A stretch of 34,561 nucleotides of DNA from an uncultured bacterium (GTDB taxonomy: Bacteria > Planctomycetota > UBA1135), in the NCBI GenBank assembly GCA_964011335.1, contig CAXGOF010000002.1, forward strand, positions 1 through 34,561, given 5' to 3'. Below the pieces are notes generated by a model, which had not been told where the DNA came from, did not search any database, and saw nothing but the letters and a program-made list of their open reading frames with translations. Made by a program: the position numbers and the translations under genes. Below are positions 26,010 through 34,561 of the stretch, piece by piece (position 1 is the stretch's first letter; the number at the start of each line of letters is the position of its first letter).

Positions 26010-26996
26010 TTAGGCAATAAATCTTGAAGCCACATTGACTAATATCTGCGGGTCGAGATTGTTCATGCACGGATGTCCTTGAATGGGACATGTTTTCTTA
26101 TGACAACCGAGACAGTCTAGAGTGCTGTTCGAAACAAAGGCGGCTTTATCCATTGCATGTGCCGTCCATGCAGGGTTGGTTGGGCCGAAGACAACTATTT
26201 GTGGGGTGTCGACGGCGGCAGCAATATGGCGTGCGCCGCTATCCATGCATAGCAGGAACTGCGCGTTACTAAGCATGTATTTGATTTCGCCTAAGCTTGC
26301 ACTGGGCGGCGCTATTAAATTTGAATGGTTGAGTGATTGTGACAACTCGGTGAGTGATTGCTGCTCGTTCGGTGCACCAAATAGAATCGGTAGCAAATTA
26401 TGCCTGTTACAAATGCCGTCAATAGCTTGAGCCATAAGCGTGAGTGGATATTGTTTGGTCTCGCCAAAAGCAGCACCAGGAGCAACCATAAAGTAATGCG
26501 CTTGCTTCGGCGCCCATTCAATATCGAGTTTTGGGCAAGGCAGGCTAACTGGGGTGACTTCAGCGTCGCAGTTAAAGGCTTCGATTAACTCAGAATATAA
26601 TTCCGTCATTAAGCGCGGTTGGCTAATTACCGGTAAAGCATGGGTTAAGAGTAAAGATCGCCCATGCCGATGGCGCCCGATGCGTTGCTTGAACCCTGCG
26701 CGATAGGCGACTATTGCCGATGACCACGAATTAGGACACAAGATAATTGTGTCACACTGTTGGCGTCTTAATATTTTTGCCTGTAGAGAGATAGTGGCGT
26801 CATTGTCGATGCCAATAAAATAATCAACATAAGCTAATCCGTTAAATAATGATTGGTAAGCAGGATTCCCCGCCAAAGTAAGCGAGCAATCAGGGAATTG
26901 ACGTTTAAGGTGGGACAATAACGGTAATGCCATTACCGCGTCGCCTAGAGGATTCGGCAAACGCACCATTAAAGATGATGGAGGTGATGCGGTCAT
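26010..26996 (-). CDS. Glycosyltransferase family 9 (ADP-heptose:LPS heptosyltransferase-like)
   Basis: 328 aa with the typical GT9 N-terminus RLPNPLGDAVMALPLL. The C-terminal half contains MDSGARHIAAAV and GPTNP. Confidence 0.8.
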   Translation of the reverse strand: MTASPPSSLMVRLPNPLGDAVMALPLLSHLKRQFPDCSLTLAGNPAYQSLFNGLAYVDYFIGIDNDATISLQAKILRRQQCDTIILCPNSWSSAIVAYRAGFKQRIGRHRHGRSLLLTHALPVISQPRLMTELYSELIEAFNCDAEVTPVSLPCPKLDIEWAPKQAHYFMVAPGAAFGETKQYPLTLMAQAIDGICNRHNLLPILFGAPNEQQSLTELSQSLNHSNLIAPPSASLGEIKYMLSNAQFLLCMDSGARHIAAAVDTPQIVVFGPTNPAWTAHAMDKAAFVSNSTLDCLGCHKKTCPIQGHPCMNNLDPQILVNVASRFIA

Positions 26997-27026
26997 TTCG
27001 TTACGCTAGGATAACCGCAATTAAGC

Positions 27027-28025
27027 ATGACGTCGCCATCTTCTCAGCCAACTCCCGATAAGTCTCAAGCCGTTGGTGATGGCTTGCGCGTCGCAGTTAT
27101 TGGGGCGCGACGAACCGTTATGGGCACCGGTGGTTTTTTGGCGCGTCAAGCGCATGCCGCAGGCGCTGAAATTGTTGCGATAGTCTGCTCAAGCTACGAT
27201 TCCGCACGTGCGGCAAGCGAAGACTTGTTGGCGAACGGCATGCGTCCCGAAGTTTATGCCGAAGAAGAGGACATGTTAGCGGAAATGAATCCTGATGTGG
27301 TCATTATTGCTTCGCCTACCAACACCCACATTGATTGGATTCAACAATGCCTTGATTCTCAAGCTCATGTTTTTTGTGAAAAGCCTTTGTCCACATCGGG
27401 TGCGAAACATTGTGATGATTTGATTCGTGCATTTAGTGCTAACGAATTGTTAATTAACGAAAATTGTCAATGGCCCTTCACCTTAGAGGCATGGCAAGCT
27501 TTGCATCCACGAGGAAATATTACTACGGCCCGTAAGTTTTCGATGTTGCTGTCGCCTAAATTACGCGGCGAACATCGCTGGCAAGATATTTTGTCTCATC
27601 CGCTAAGCCTTATTCAAAAGATTTCTCCTGGCCCCGCACATGTTGAAAAAGTCGCATACGCTGAACATTCTAGTGACTCCCTAGATTCGGCATTACGCTT
27701 TGAGTATTGCACGCATTCACGCGCATTAGAATGTGAGATTATTTTAGAGGACATGGGTACACTCCCTCCGCCAGCAGAGTATTCGATCGACGGTAAACTA
27801 TGCCATCGCATTATAGGAGAGAATTATCAAATGCAGTTTGCTGCCCACGCTAATGAACCGCAAAAAGCTGTGAGCGTAGGCGACCCGATGGAACAAAACC
27901 TGCGTCAATTTTTAAAGCGCGTGAACTTAATAACTAACTCACGGGCTTCAGTGGCAATCGATGAGGATTTAATTCGGCGTCAGTATTTGGTCGAAGCTTT
28001 GCTCGCCGATTACCAACGTCGATAA
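27027..28025 (+). CDS. Gfo/Idh/MocA-family NAD(P)-dependent oxidoreductase
   Basis: 332 aa with an N-terminal Rossmann segment (LRVAVIGARR) and VIIASPTNTHIDWIQQCLDSQAHVFCEKPL (EKP motif). Confidence 0.75.
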   Translation: MTSPSSQPTPDKSQAVGDGLRVAVIGARRTVMGTGGFLARQAHAAGAEIVAIVCSSYDSARAASEDLLANGMRPEVYAEEEDMLAEMNPDVVIIASPTNTHIDWIQQCLDSQAHVFCEKPLSTSGAKHCDDLIRAFSANELLINENCQWPFTLEAWQALHPRGNITTARKFSMLLSPKLRGEHRWQDILSHPLSLIQKISPGPAHVEKVAYAEHSSDSLDSALRFEYCTHSRALECEIILEDMGTLPPPAEYSIDGKLCHRIIGENYQMQFAAHANEPQKAVSVGDPMEQNLRQFLKRVNLITNSRASVAIDEDLIRRQYLVEALLADYQRR

Positions 28026-28026
28026 A

Positions 28027-28965
28027 TTACTTCTCTAGCTCGGCAGCAAGCTCGGGCAATATTTCGAGAGCATCGCCAACAATGCCGTAAGTGGCATGCT
28101 TAAAGATAGGGGCGTCGGCGTCTTTATTGATTGCGACAATAACCTTTGACGAGCTCATGCCGGCTAAGTGTTGGATTGCACCTGAGATGCCAACCGCAAT
28201 GTATAGCTCTGGTGAAACGGTTTTACCTGTTTGACCAACCTGCTCACTATGTGGACGCCATCCTGAGTCGACTATTGCACGGGATGCGCCAAGGCCTGCA
28301 CCAGGGATTGCATCGGCAACCTTTTCAAGCAAATGCCAGTTTTCGGGGCTTCCCATTCCGCGGCCGCCGGATATAACAATAGATGCTTCGGCAACATCCG
28401 GGCGCTGACCGCTTTGCGCTGCGACTTCAATCACCTGCGCTTTGGCAGCCTCGCTTGGGACTTTGCTTGCTTCGGCAGTGTGTTCACGCCCAGCAGCATT
28501 AAAGAAGTTAGGGCGCAAGCTTGCAACTACCACATCTCCGTTTATTCTTACGTCGCTGAAAGCTTTGCCACCACAAATTGGGCGGGTAAAGACCATGGTG
28601 TTTGCGTCGACCGCTGTGCAGTCAGGAGCAAAGCCAGTATCGAGCAGGGCAGCGATGCGCGGAGTGATGTCGCGGCCGCGAACAGTCGCGGTAAGTAACA
28701 CTGTGTTGGCGCTAATTTCTCTAGCGACACGCGCAGCAGTTGCAGCAGCGGCATCGGCAGAGTGAGCTTCAGCAGTAGCGACCATCAGCTGATCCGCACC
28801 TGCGGCACCAACAACGGTAGTATCGAGATTGGCAGACTCGGTTGCAAGAGCAACCACCGCGCAACCTTTGGCATCGGCAATGACGCGAGCTGCACCAACA
28901 GCTTCAAGGCACGAAGGGCGTAGCTCGCCCTCACGAGTTTCAAGAATAACTAGTACGGATGACAT
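28027..28965 (-). CDS. etfA: Electron transfer flavoprotein, alpha subunit
   Basis: 312 aa with the C-terminal FAD-binding signature [19 protein letters not shown]...[11 protein letters not shown]...YGIVGD. Confidence 0.93.
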   Translation of the reverse strand: MSSVLVILETREGELRPSCLEAVGAARVIADAKGCAVVALATESANLDTTVVGAAGADQLMVATAEAHSADAAAATAARVAREISANTVLLTATVRGRDITPRIAALLDTGFAPDCTAVDANTMVFTRPICGGKAFSDVRINGDVVVASLRPNFFNAAGREHTAEASKVPSEAAKAQVIEVAAQSGQRPDVAEASIVISGGRGMGSPENWHLLEKVADAIPGAGLGASRAIVDSGWRPHSEQVGQTGKTVSPELYIAVGISGAIQHLAGMSSSKVIVAINKDADAPIFKHATYGIVGDALEILPELAAELEK

Positions 28966-28977
28966 TTAATTTACCTC

Positions 28978-29715
28978 TTATAGAACTTTTGCTTCATTGC
29001 GCAGAGCGTCGACCAACTCGGCAGCGTTATTAACGATGCGTCCTGCTGGGCGAGCAGCTGGTGGTTGAGTAGACTCGACAGTGAGTGCCAACGCCGGCAT
29101 TTGGACATCGACAGACTCGAGCGGCTTTTTCTTAGCAGCCATGATGCCCTTCAATGAAGCGAGGCGTGGTTCGTTAAGACCTTTTTGACAAGTAATTGCG
29201 CAAGGTAAGCTTGCAGTAATAGTTTCAACGGCACCTTCGACACCGCGTTGCGCAGTAACCTGTCCCGCGGAGATGTTTAAAGAAATAACTTCGGTGATAC
29301 AAGGAATACCTAAGCGAGTCGCAACACCAGCGCCAACGCCATGTTGATCGTGACCGACAGATTGCTTGCCAAACAACAGTAAATCAAAACTACGCTCGCC
29401 GATTGCAGCAGCAATCACTTTGGCAGTGGTGGCGGCGTCGGCAGAATCCGCCGCGTCATTTTTTAGCAATAAGGCGGCGTCGGCGCCCATCGCCAAAGTT
29501 GTGCGCAATTCTTTTTGCGAAGTGTCATCGCCAAAACTAACAGCGGTGACGTTCCCGTCTCCAGCAGCCTCTTTTTGGCGCAAACCTTCTTCAACCGCGA
29601 AGCGGTCGTAAGGATTGATATCGAACTCGCATCCTGAGATGTCGAGTTGTTGGCCTTTTATTTCCACATTAGCGGTTGTGGAAGGGACGCGTTTGACAAA
29701 GCTAAAAATTTCCAT
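28978..29715 (-). CDS. etfB: Electron transfer flavoprotein, beta subunit
   Basis: I prefer the start at ATG 29715 (MEIFSFVKRVPS...), which matches the usual EtfB N-terminus MKIxVxVKxVPD. The ORF track extends to 29766. It sits 12 nt upstream of etfA. Confidence 0.9.
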   Translation of the reverse strand: MEIFSFVKRVPSTTANVEIKGQQLDISGCEFDINPYDRFAVEEGLRQKEAAGDGNVTAVSFGDDTSQKELRTTLAMGADAALLLKNDAADSADAATTAKVIAAAIGERSFDLLLFGKQSVGHDQHGVGAGVATRLGIPCITEVISLNISAGQVTAQRGVEGAVETITASLPCAITCQKGLNEPRLASLKGIMAAKKKPLESVDVQMPALALTVESTQPPAARPAGRIVNNAAELVDALRNEAKVL

Positions 29716-29784
29716 GACAAGGTATATCGTGTGACAGGGGGCGCGATATTCTACCCTTGCCGCCATTTTCGCGGATGACTTGCT

Positions 29785-30513
29785 TTAGCTTAACTCGAAA
29801 TTCTCGCCTAAATAGACCTTACGCACTGCACTATTGTGCACTAGTTTTTCCGCTGTTCCTTCTGCGAGAACTGTACCGGATGACAAAATGTACGAGCGGT
29901 TAGTAATACTGAGCGTTTCGCGTACATTATGGTCGGTTAGCAAGATGGCAATACCTTTTGCTTGCAGCTGCACCAAAATGGATTGAATATCTTCAACGGC
30001 AATGGGGTCTACACCACTGAAGGGTTCATCTAGTAAAATCAATTTGGGGTTAGTCGCTAGGGCGCGCGCAATTTCAACGCGTCTACGCTCGCCGCCAGAT
30101 AGAACTTCGCCCATACTATCACGTAAATGAGTCAGGCCAAATTCTTCGAGTAGCGCGTCGCATTTTTGCTGGCGCTCTATTTTATTTAGTGACAAAGTCT
30201 CAAGTACGGCAAGAATATTATCGGCAACCGATAGCTTACGAAAAACTGAAGCCTCTTGAGCCAAGTAACCTAAGCCGCGGCGTGCACGTTGATATATCGG
30301 CATGCCCGTAACGTCTTCATCGCGCAATAAAATTTCCCCGCTATCGGGAGCAACCATTCCCATACACATATTAAAAGTGGTCGTCTTGCCAGCACCGTTG
30401 GGGCCAAGCAGGCCAACGATTTCACCATCGTTAACAACTAGGTCGACGCCATTAACAACCGAGCGCCCTTTGAATGATTTGCTGATACCTTTCGTTTCTA
30501 GAATAATGCTCAT
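29785..30513 (-). CDS. lptB: LPS export ABC transporter ATP-binding protein
   Basis: 242 aa, collinear with E. coli LptB. It has GLLGPNGAGKTTTF, GYLAQEASVFRKLSV, LSGGERRRVEIARAL, LILLDEPFSGVDP and LTDHNVRETL. Confidence 0.93.
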   Translation of the reverse strand: MSIILETKGISKSFKGRSVVNGVDLVVNDGEIVGLLGPNGAGKTTTFNMCMGMVAPDSGEILLRDEDVTGMPIYQRARRGLGYLAQEASVFRKLSVADNILAVLETLSLNKIERQQKCDALLEEFGLTHLRDSMGEVLSGGERRRVEIARALATNPKLILLDEPFSGVDPIAVEDIQSILVQLQAKGIAILLTDHNVRETLSITNRSYILSSGTVLAEGTAEKLVHNSAVRKVYLGENFELS

Positions 30514-30514
30514 A

Positions 30515-31927
30515 TTATTGGACTAAATTAAAACGGTTAATCGGAGAGAGTGGTTTTAGCGGCATAAAAACAGCTAGTGCGCGGCCTAGCATGTAATTGT
30601 GGGGTACCAACGGCGCATGTTGCAGTACATCGGCAGATTGCTTAACCATATCTCCATCAAGAGTGTGGATGTTTCCGAATTCGTCACGCAGCGTCATGAT
30701 GTCATGGCTCATGTTCCAGCGCGGATTATTGTACATTGGATCAGAGCCGTGTTGCAGGTGGTCGCCTGCAACTTTGAAGGCCGTGCCATCGCCGTTATCG
30801 TAACTAAAAGTTTCTCGTTGCCAATCACGGCTATCTAAAGAATTCTGGGTATTATCGCCCATCATAAAATAGTGGCCTTCGGTTATTTCGAAGACAGGTG
30901 CTGCGTTTTGCCGCGGTGGTAAATAGTGGATATCACGCGACACTTTAACGGGGCTTAATATCCATTGGCTTCCATTAACCGTAAAAGCCATGCGGTTGCG
31001 GGGAAGTTTAGTGGTGTGTGGCTGGATATTCAGCGTCTCGTCAAACACAACATCGTCACCCAAGGCTATACGTAAATGGTGATCCCAGAATGCTATATCG
31101 ACATCGCTGTTAAGGTGTGCAGGGATATCTATGGTGCGTTGTTCGCCGGTAGGTAGTGATAAGGCTAATGATCCTGAAGCATCAAACTTTGCACTGAGAA
31201 GATTATTGCCAAGCTCTAATCCAACGTCGATGCTACCCGTTGCCTTCTGGCCGTCTAATTGAAATTGTAAACGTAAATCGCCGACAACTTCGCGTGAGCG
31301 CGAGGACGTATTCGGCACCGAAAAATAAATTTCTTCAGGGTAACCGTGCAGGTAACCGTTACGAATGCTCGAGGCATATTCCGTTTTACCGTTGCCGCTA
31401 AAAACTATATGCCCTATGTCGTTCGATGTAGCCTTGCCAGTTGTAGTCCAACCATGCCACTGAGTTGGGTCGTCGCCTACACCAGGCAAGACTTTCTTCC
31501 AGATGTTTCGCATGACTTTCCACGGCTTAGTTAAAACAACAAAATCGTCGTCACTACCAAGTTCGCGGACGTATAAATTGCCGCCATCAATCCAGAGTTG
31601 TTCGTTGGGCATGCCAACGAGCCTCTTGACGTAGTTGTTGTGCGTAAGAAGAGGGTAACGGAAAACGACTACTTCCCAGCGCTGCGGATCTCTGAAAAAG
31701 TATGAAATCTTGTCCACCAACACTCGATCATTCAGCCGTCCAGCAGGGCGCTTGGTCGCAGGGTCGAGCAGTTCGGTGCCCATTAGCGTCGGTTGCATGG
31801 AACCGGTAGGTATTTGATAAGCCTCAATCGCAAATACCTTGAGGCCCATGGCCATAATAATCGCAAACAACACCACTTCGATGTTCTCGCGAAAAGGATG
31901 CTTTGATTTTTCTTTCTTCTTAGCCAT
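30515..31927 (-). CDS. lepB: Signal peptidase I with large insertions
   Basis: 470 aa with an N-terminal TM helix. It has the catalytic Ser box IPTGSMQPTL, then RVLVDK, the Lys box YVKRLVGMPNEQL, and YFMMGDNTQNSLDSRDW. Confidence 0.9.
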   Translation of the reverse strand: MAKKKEKSKHPFRENIEVVLFAIIMAMGLKVFAIEAYQIPTGSMQPTLMGTELLDPATKRPAGRLNDRVLVDKISYFFRDPQRWEVVVFRYPLLTHNNYVKRLVGMPNEQLWIDGGNLYVRELGSDDDFVVLTKPWKVMRNIWKKVLPGVGDDPTQWHGWTTTGKATSNDIGHIVFSGNGKTEYASSIRNGYLHGYPEEIYFSVPNTSSRSREVVGDLRLQFQLDGQKATGSIDVGLELGNNLLSAKFDASGSLALSLPTGEQRTIDIPAHLNSDVDIAFWDHHLRIALGDDVVFDETLNIQPHTTKLPRNRMAFTVNGSQWILSPVKVSRDIHYLPPRQNAAPVFEITEGHYFMMGDNTQNSLDSRDWQRETFSYDNGDGTAFKVAGDHLQHGSDPMYNNPRWNMSHDIMTLRDEFGNIHTLDGDMVKQSADVLQHAPLVPHNYMLGRALAVFMPLKPLSPINRFNLVQ

Positions 31928-31932
31928 ACAGG

Positions 31933-33741
31933 TTATTCGTCGGTAGTGAGCACAGACAAGAATGCTTTTTGCGGCACTTCAACATTTCCAATACTCTTCA
32001 TCCGCTTCTTGCCTTCTTTCTGTTTGGACAATAGTTTACGCTTACGGGTGATGTCCCCACCGTAGCATTTAGCCGTAACATTCTTCGATAAGGCACGAAT
32101 GTTCTCGCGTGCTAAAATTTTTCCACCAACGGCAGCCTGTAGCGAAACCTCAAACTGATGACGCGGAATTTCTTTACGCAACACCTTGAGTACAGCACGT
32201 CCGCGTCGCTGAGCATTGTCGGCGTGACAAATAGTGGACAGCGCATCAGCCTCGTTGCCGGAAACAAGAATGCGCATCTTGACCAGGTTGGCAGTTTCGA
32301 ATCTTGGCGACTCGAAGTTCATCGTGCCGTAACCCTTAGTACCAGATTTTAGTTTGTCGTAGAAGTCGTAAATGATTTCAGCCAGAGGCAAATCCCAGGC
32401 GAGCATTACCCGGTTTGCCGATAGGTGATCTTGGCGGAGGAATGTTCCTCGGCGTTCGGCGCATAGTGACATAATGGCGCCAATGGACTCGGTAGGTACC
32501 AATATGTTTGTACATACAACCGGCTCTTGAATGTCTTCAAACATATTAGGGTCGGGCAGCGCTCCAGGCGAGCGAATGTCTTTTACAGAACCATCTTTCA
32601 GTACGATCTGGTATGGCACCGAGGGCGCAGTTTGCACAACGTTCAAGCCAGATTCGCGCTCGAGGCGCTCTTGCACGATTTCCATGTGTAGTAAACCAAG
32701 AAAACCACAACGGAAACCGAAGCCCAAAGCCTCAGAAGACTCGGGCTCGAAAACGATTGATGAATCGTTCAATTTGAGTTGATTCAAGGCTGCACGCAGG
32801 TCTTCAAAATCGCCCGAGCTAACAGGGAACACACCACACCACACCATTGGCTGCGGCTCGCGGTACCCTTGAAGGGCTTCCGCTCGCTGACCCTTAGCAA
32901 CGGTTATGGTGTCACCAACGCGGACGTCTTCTAGTTTCTTGATGTTCGAGATGAAATAACCCACCTCGCCGACTGATAAAGTGTCGTGCGGCACCATCTT
33001 CGGCATAAACTTCCCGATATCAACAGCTTCGTAGTCGGCGCCAACACCAATAGTGTGCGCGATATCGCCCTTGCGTAAAGTGCCATTGATAATCCTGAGA
33101 TAAACCACAATGCCGCGGTATTCGTCGTACTTGGCGTCAAAAATCAAAGCCTGCAGTGGGGCGTCAGGGTCGCCTTGCGGATGTCCGACGCGATCCACAA
33201 TAGCTTCGATGATGGCATCGAGACCTTGACCAGTTTTTGCGGAACAGTGCAGCGCCAACTCGGGCTCAAGTAATAAGGTATTTTCAAGCTCGCTCGCGAA
33301 TTCTTCGGGCCGTGCGTGGGGCAAATCGACTTTGTTAAATACCGGGATGATGGTCATGTCTTGCTCCATCGCTAGCATCGCATTCGCCACAGTCTGCGCT
33401 TGGATTCCCTGCGCAGCGTCTATCAACAATACCGCTCCTTCACATGCTTGCAAAGATTTTTCAACTTCATAAGCGAAGTCAACGTGCCCGGGAGTATCGA
33501 TAAGGTTGAGCAGGTATTCATCACCATTAACCATTGTCGTTAATGACACAGCAGCAGCTTTAATAGTAATGCCACGCTCACGCTCGATATCCATCGAATC
33601 GAGTTGCTGTGCCTGTTTCTTGCGGTTGTCAACAGCGCCGGTCATTTCTAGAAAGCGGTCGGCCAAAGTAGATTTACCATGGTCGATATGCGCGATAATC
33701 GAAAAGTTGCGGATGCGCTCGGGAGAGAATGATTTGCTCAT
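31933..33741 (-). CDS. lepA: Translation elongation factor 4
   Basis: 602 aa with GTPase motifs AHIDHGKST, DTPGHVDF and NKVDL, plus the EF4-type C-terminal region. Confidence 0.96.
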   Translation of the reverse strand: MSKSFSPERIRNFSIIAHIDHGKSTLADRFLEMTGAVDNRKKQAQQLDSMDIERERGITIKAAAVSLTTMVNGDEYLLNLIDTPGHVDFAYEVEKSLQACEGAVLLIDAAQGIQAQTVANAMLAMEQDMTIIPVFNKVDLPHARPEEFASELENTLLLEPELALHCSAKTGQGLDAIIEAIVDRVGHPQGDPDAPLQALIFDAKYDEYRGIVVYLRIINGTLRKGDIAHTIGVGADYEAVDIGKFMPKMVPHDTLSVGEVGYFISNIKKLEDVRVGDTITVAKGQRAEALQGYREPQPMVWCGVFPVSSGDFEDLRAALNQLKLNDSSIVFEPESSEALGFGFRCGFLGLLHMEIVQERLERESGLNVVQTAPSVPYQIVLKDGSVKDIRSPGALPDPNMFEDIQEPVVCTNILVPTESIGAIMSLCAERRGTFLRQDHLSANRVMLAWDLPLAEIIYDFYDKLKSGTKGYGTMNFESPRFETANLVKMRILVSGNEADALSTICHADNAQRRGRAVLKVLRKEIPRHQFEVSLQAAVGGKILARENIRALSKNVTAKCYGGDITRKRKLLSKQKEGKKRMKSIGNVEVPQKAFLSVLTTDE

Positions 33742-33744
33742 GAC

Positions 33745-34371
33745 TTATTTAGCTACCGATTCTAATACGTTACACAATCGCGCAATCGCCTGCCCACGAT
33801 GGCTAACTCGTGACTTTTCTTCGGAGGCGAGATTGGAGAAGCTAGATGCAGATTCTACATGATAAAACAGCGGGTCGTAGCCAAATCCGCCTTCTCCATC
33901 GGCTTCGTGTAAAATGTTGCCATTAACACTGCCTTCGACGGCAAATAACACCTGACCTTGATGAGCGACCGCAATCACGCACCAAAAGGCGGCCGCACGC
34001 TGGTCACCAGTCGCATTTTTCATTTCGCTTAACAGCTTGTCATTGTTTGACTGATCGCGTTGCGGACCATCATCACCGGCATAACGCGCGGAGTAAATAC
34101 CCGGAGCACCGCCTAAATAATCGACGCATAAGCCAGAGTCGTCGGCAAGTGTCCAGACATCGTCACCCAAATGCTTAGATGTAAACTCGCTAAACTCGAT
34201 GGCCTTCTTGCTGGCGTTCGCCAGAAAGTCATCGCCGTCTTCAATAACGTTGGGCAGTTCGGCATCGATATCGATAGGTGAGAGGATATCAACGTCTAAA
34301 TTTTCACATAGTGATTGGAGCTCCGCCAGCTTTTTGGAATTGCTCGAGGCAAGTAGGATACGTTGGCTCAT
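33745..34371 (-). CDS. rdgB: Non-canonical purine NTP (dITP/XTP) pyrophosphatase
   Basis: 208 aa Ham1/RdgB family protein with N-terminus [14 protein letters not shown], then [11 protein letters not shown] and GFGYDPLF. Confidence 0.9.
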   Translation of the reverse strand: MSQRILLASSNSKKLAELQSLCENLDVDILSPIDIDAELPNVIEDGDDFLANASKKAIEFSEFTSKHLGDDVWTLADDSGLCVDYLGGAPGIYSARYAGDDGPQRDQSNNDKLLSEMKNATGDQRAAAFWCVIAVAHQGQVLFAVEGSVNGNILHEADGEGGFGYDPLFYHVESASSFSNLASEEKSRVSHRGQAIARLCNVLESVAK

Positions 34372-34561
34372 GCTTCGACCTTTTCGGCGGCTAACTCTTT
34401 CATCTGGGTGATGATGTCGGCGGTGCCTTCCATGGCTAGGGAAAGTAACTCGTGGTGAACGTCTAAAGAAAATGGTTCGCCCTCGGCAGCTCCTTGTACT
34501 TCAATGATTTTACCACTCTCTGTCGTAATAACATTCATATCAACATCGGCAGTCGAGTCTT
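34368..34561 (-). CDS. rph: Ribonuclease PH, C-terminal ~63 codons (gene runs off the right edge)
   Basis: The minus-strand frame reads ...[31 protein letters not shown]...[27 protein letters not shown], typical of the RNase PH C-terminus. Its TGA stop overlaps the rdgB ATG (ATGA). Confidence 0.85.
   Translation of the reverse strand, partial: DSTADVDMNVITTESGKIIEVQGAAEGEPFSLDVHHELLSLAMEGTADIITQMKELAAEKVEA

Noticed and set aside
28146-28765. Nested or antisense ORFs from the six-frame track, such as 28146..28376, 28333..28698, 28442..28765 and 28548..28754. Similar ones lie inside fumA, glnS, the decarboxylase, the helicase, the AGCS gene and ligA.
   Set aside because: They lie entirely within strongly supported conserved genes. 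Their composition is low-complexity and Arg/Ser/Ala-rich, typical of off-frame translation, and they have no recognisable motifs. I treat them as shadow ORFs.
29716-29766. A 17-codon N-terminal extension of etfB (MAARVEYRAPCHTIYLV) given in the ORF track.
   Set aside because: EtfB proteins start at the MKIxVxVKxVP segment, which here begins at the internal ATG (29715). The extension looks like upstream non-coding sequence that happens to be open.
1-34561. Genome-wide reassignment of TGA to a sense codon (genetic code 4 or 25), suggested by the near absence of TGA stops.
   Set aside because: Long conserved genes (fumA, glnS, ligA, lepA, helicase, lptB) are intact and full length under the standard code with no internal TGA. 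In addition, rph ends at a TGA at the position expected for its C-terminus. At most a single-site recoding event is plausible.
1-34561. A search by eye for CRISPR arrays, tRNA/rRNA genes, transposase or integrase genes, and long inverted or terminal repeats.
   Set aside because: I found none. The only notable repeat is the 41-45 nt duplication at 13426/13624. Visual scanning cannot exclude short or degenerate elements.

Overview
This is a compact chromosomal segment of a diderm bacterium. The diderm call rests on lptB, a GT9 heptosyltransferase and a porin. I count about 32 protein genes, mostly housekeeping. I recognised no rRNA, tRNA, CRISPR array or mobile element. Confidently identified genes are: class I fumarate hydratase, glnS, ferredoxin-NADP reductase, fabH, a UvrD-family helicase, an alanine/glycine:cation symporter, ligA, etfBA, lptB, lepB, lepA, rdgB and the 3' end of rph. 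Accessory-looking content is: a TLC/Lag1-like membrane protein; two tandem small secreted paralogs placed divergently to a pentahaem c-type cytochrome; an animal-type GAD/CSAD-family PLP decarboxylase overlapping a MATE-like transporter, next to a porin; a SASA-type esterase; and a large FG-GAP/ASPIC (CRTAC1-family) gene fused to a TlpA-like thioredoxin domain. Shine-Dalgarno sequences are mostly absent. Intergenic spacers are tiny and several convergent genes abut or overlap. The content suggests a marine PVC-like lineage, but that is inference only. I see no clear-cut new multi-gene system such as a defence island. The most unusual signals are: (1) an in-frame TGA splitting the FG-GAP/ASPIC gene, followed 14 nt later by a 17-nt hairpin, in a window where TGA is almost never used as a stop; (2) the decarboxylase carrying the Phe/Ser/Tyr cysteine-sulfinate selectivity pattern, coupled to an exporter; (3) a bacterial TLC-domain protein; (4) a 41-45 nt duplication of the FG-GAP gene's 5' coding sequence that forms an upstream mini-ORF; (5) recurrent -10-like hexamers 6-9 nt upstream of start codons, suggesting leaderless mRNAs; (6) a cytidine-deaminase-fold protein that has lost all catalytic residues and is coupled to ligA.
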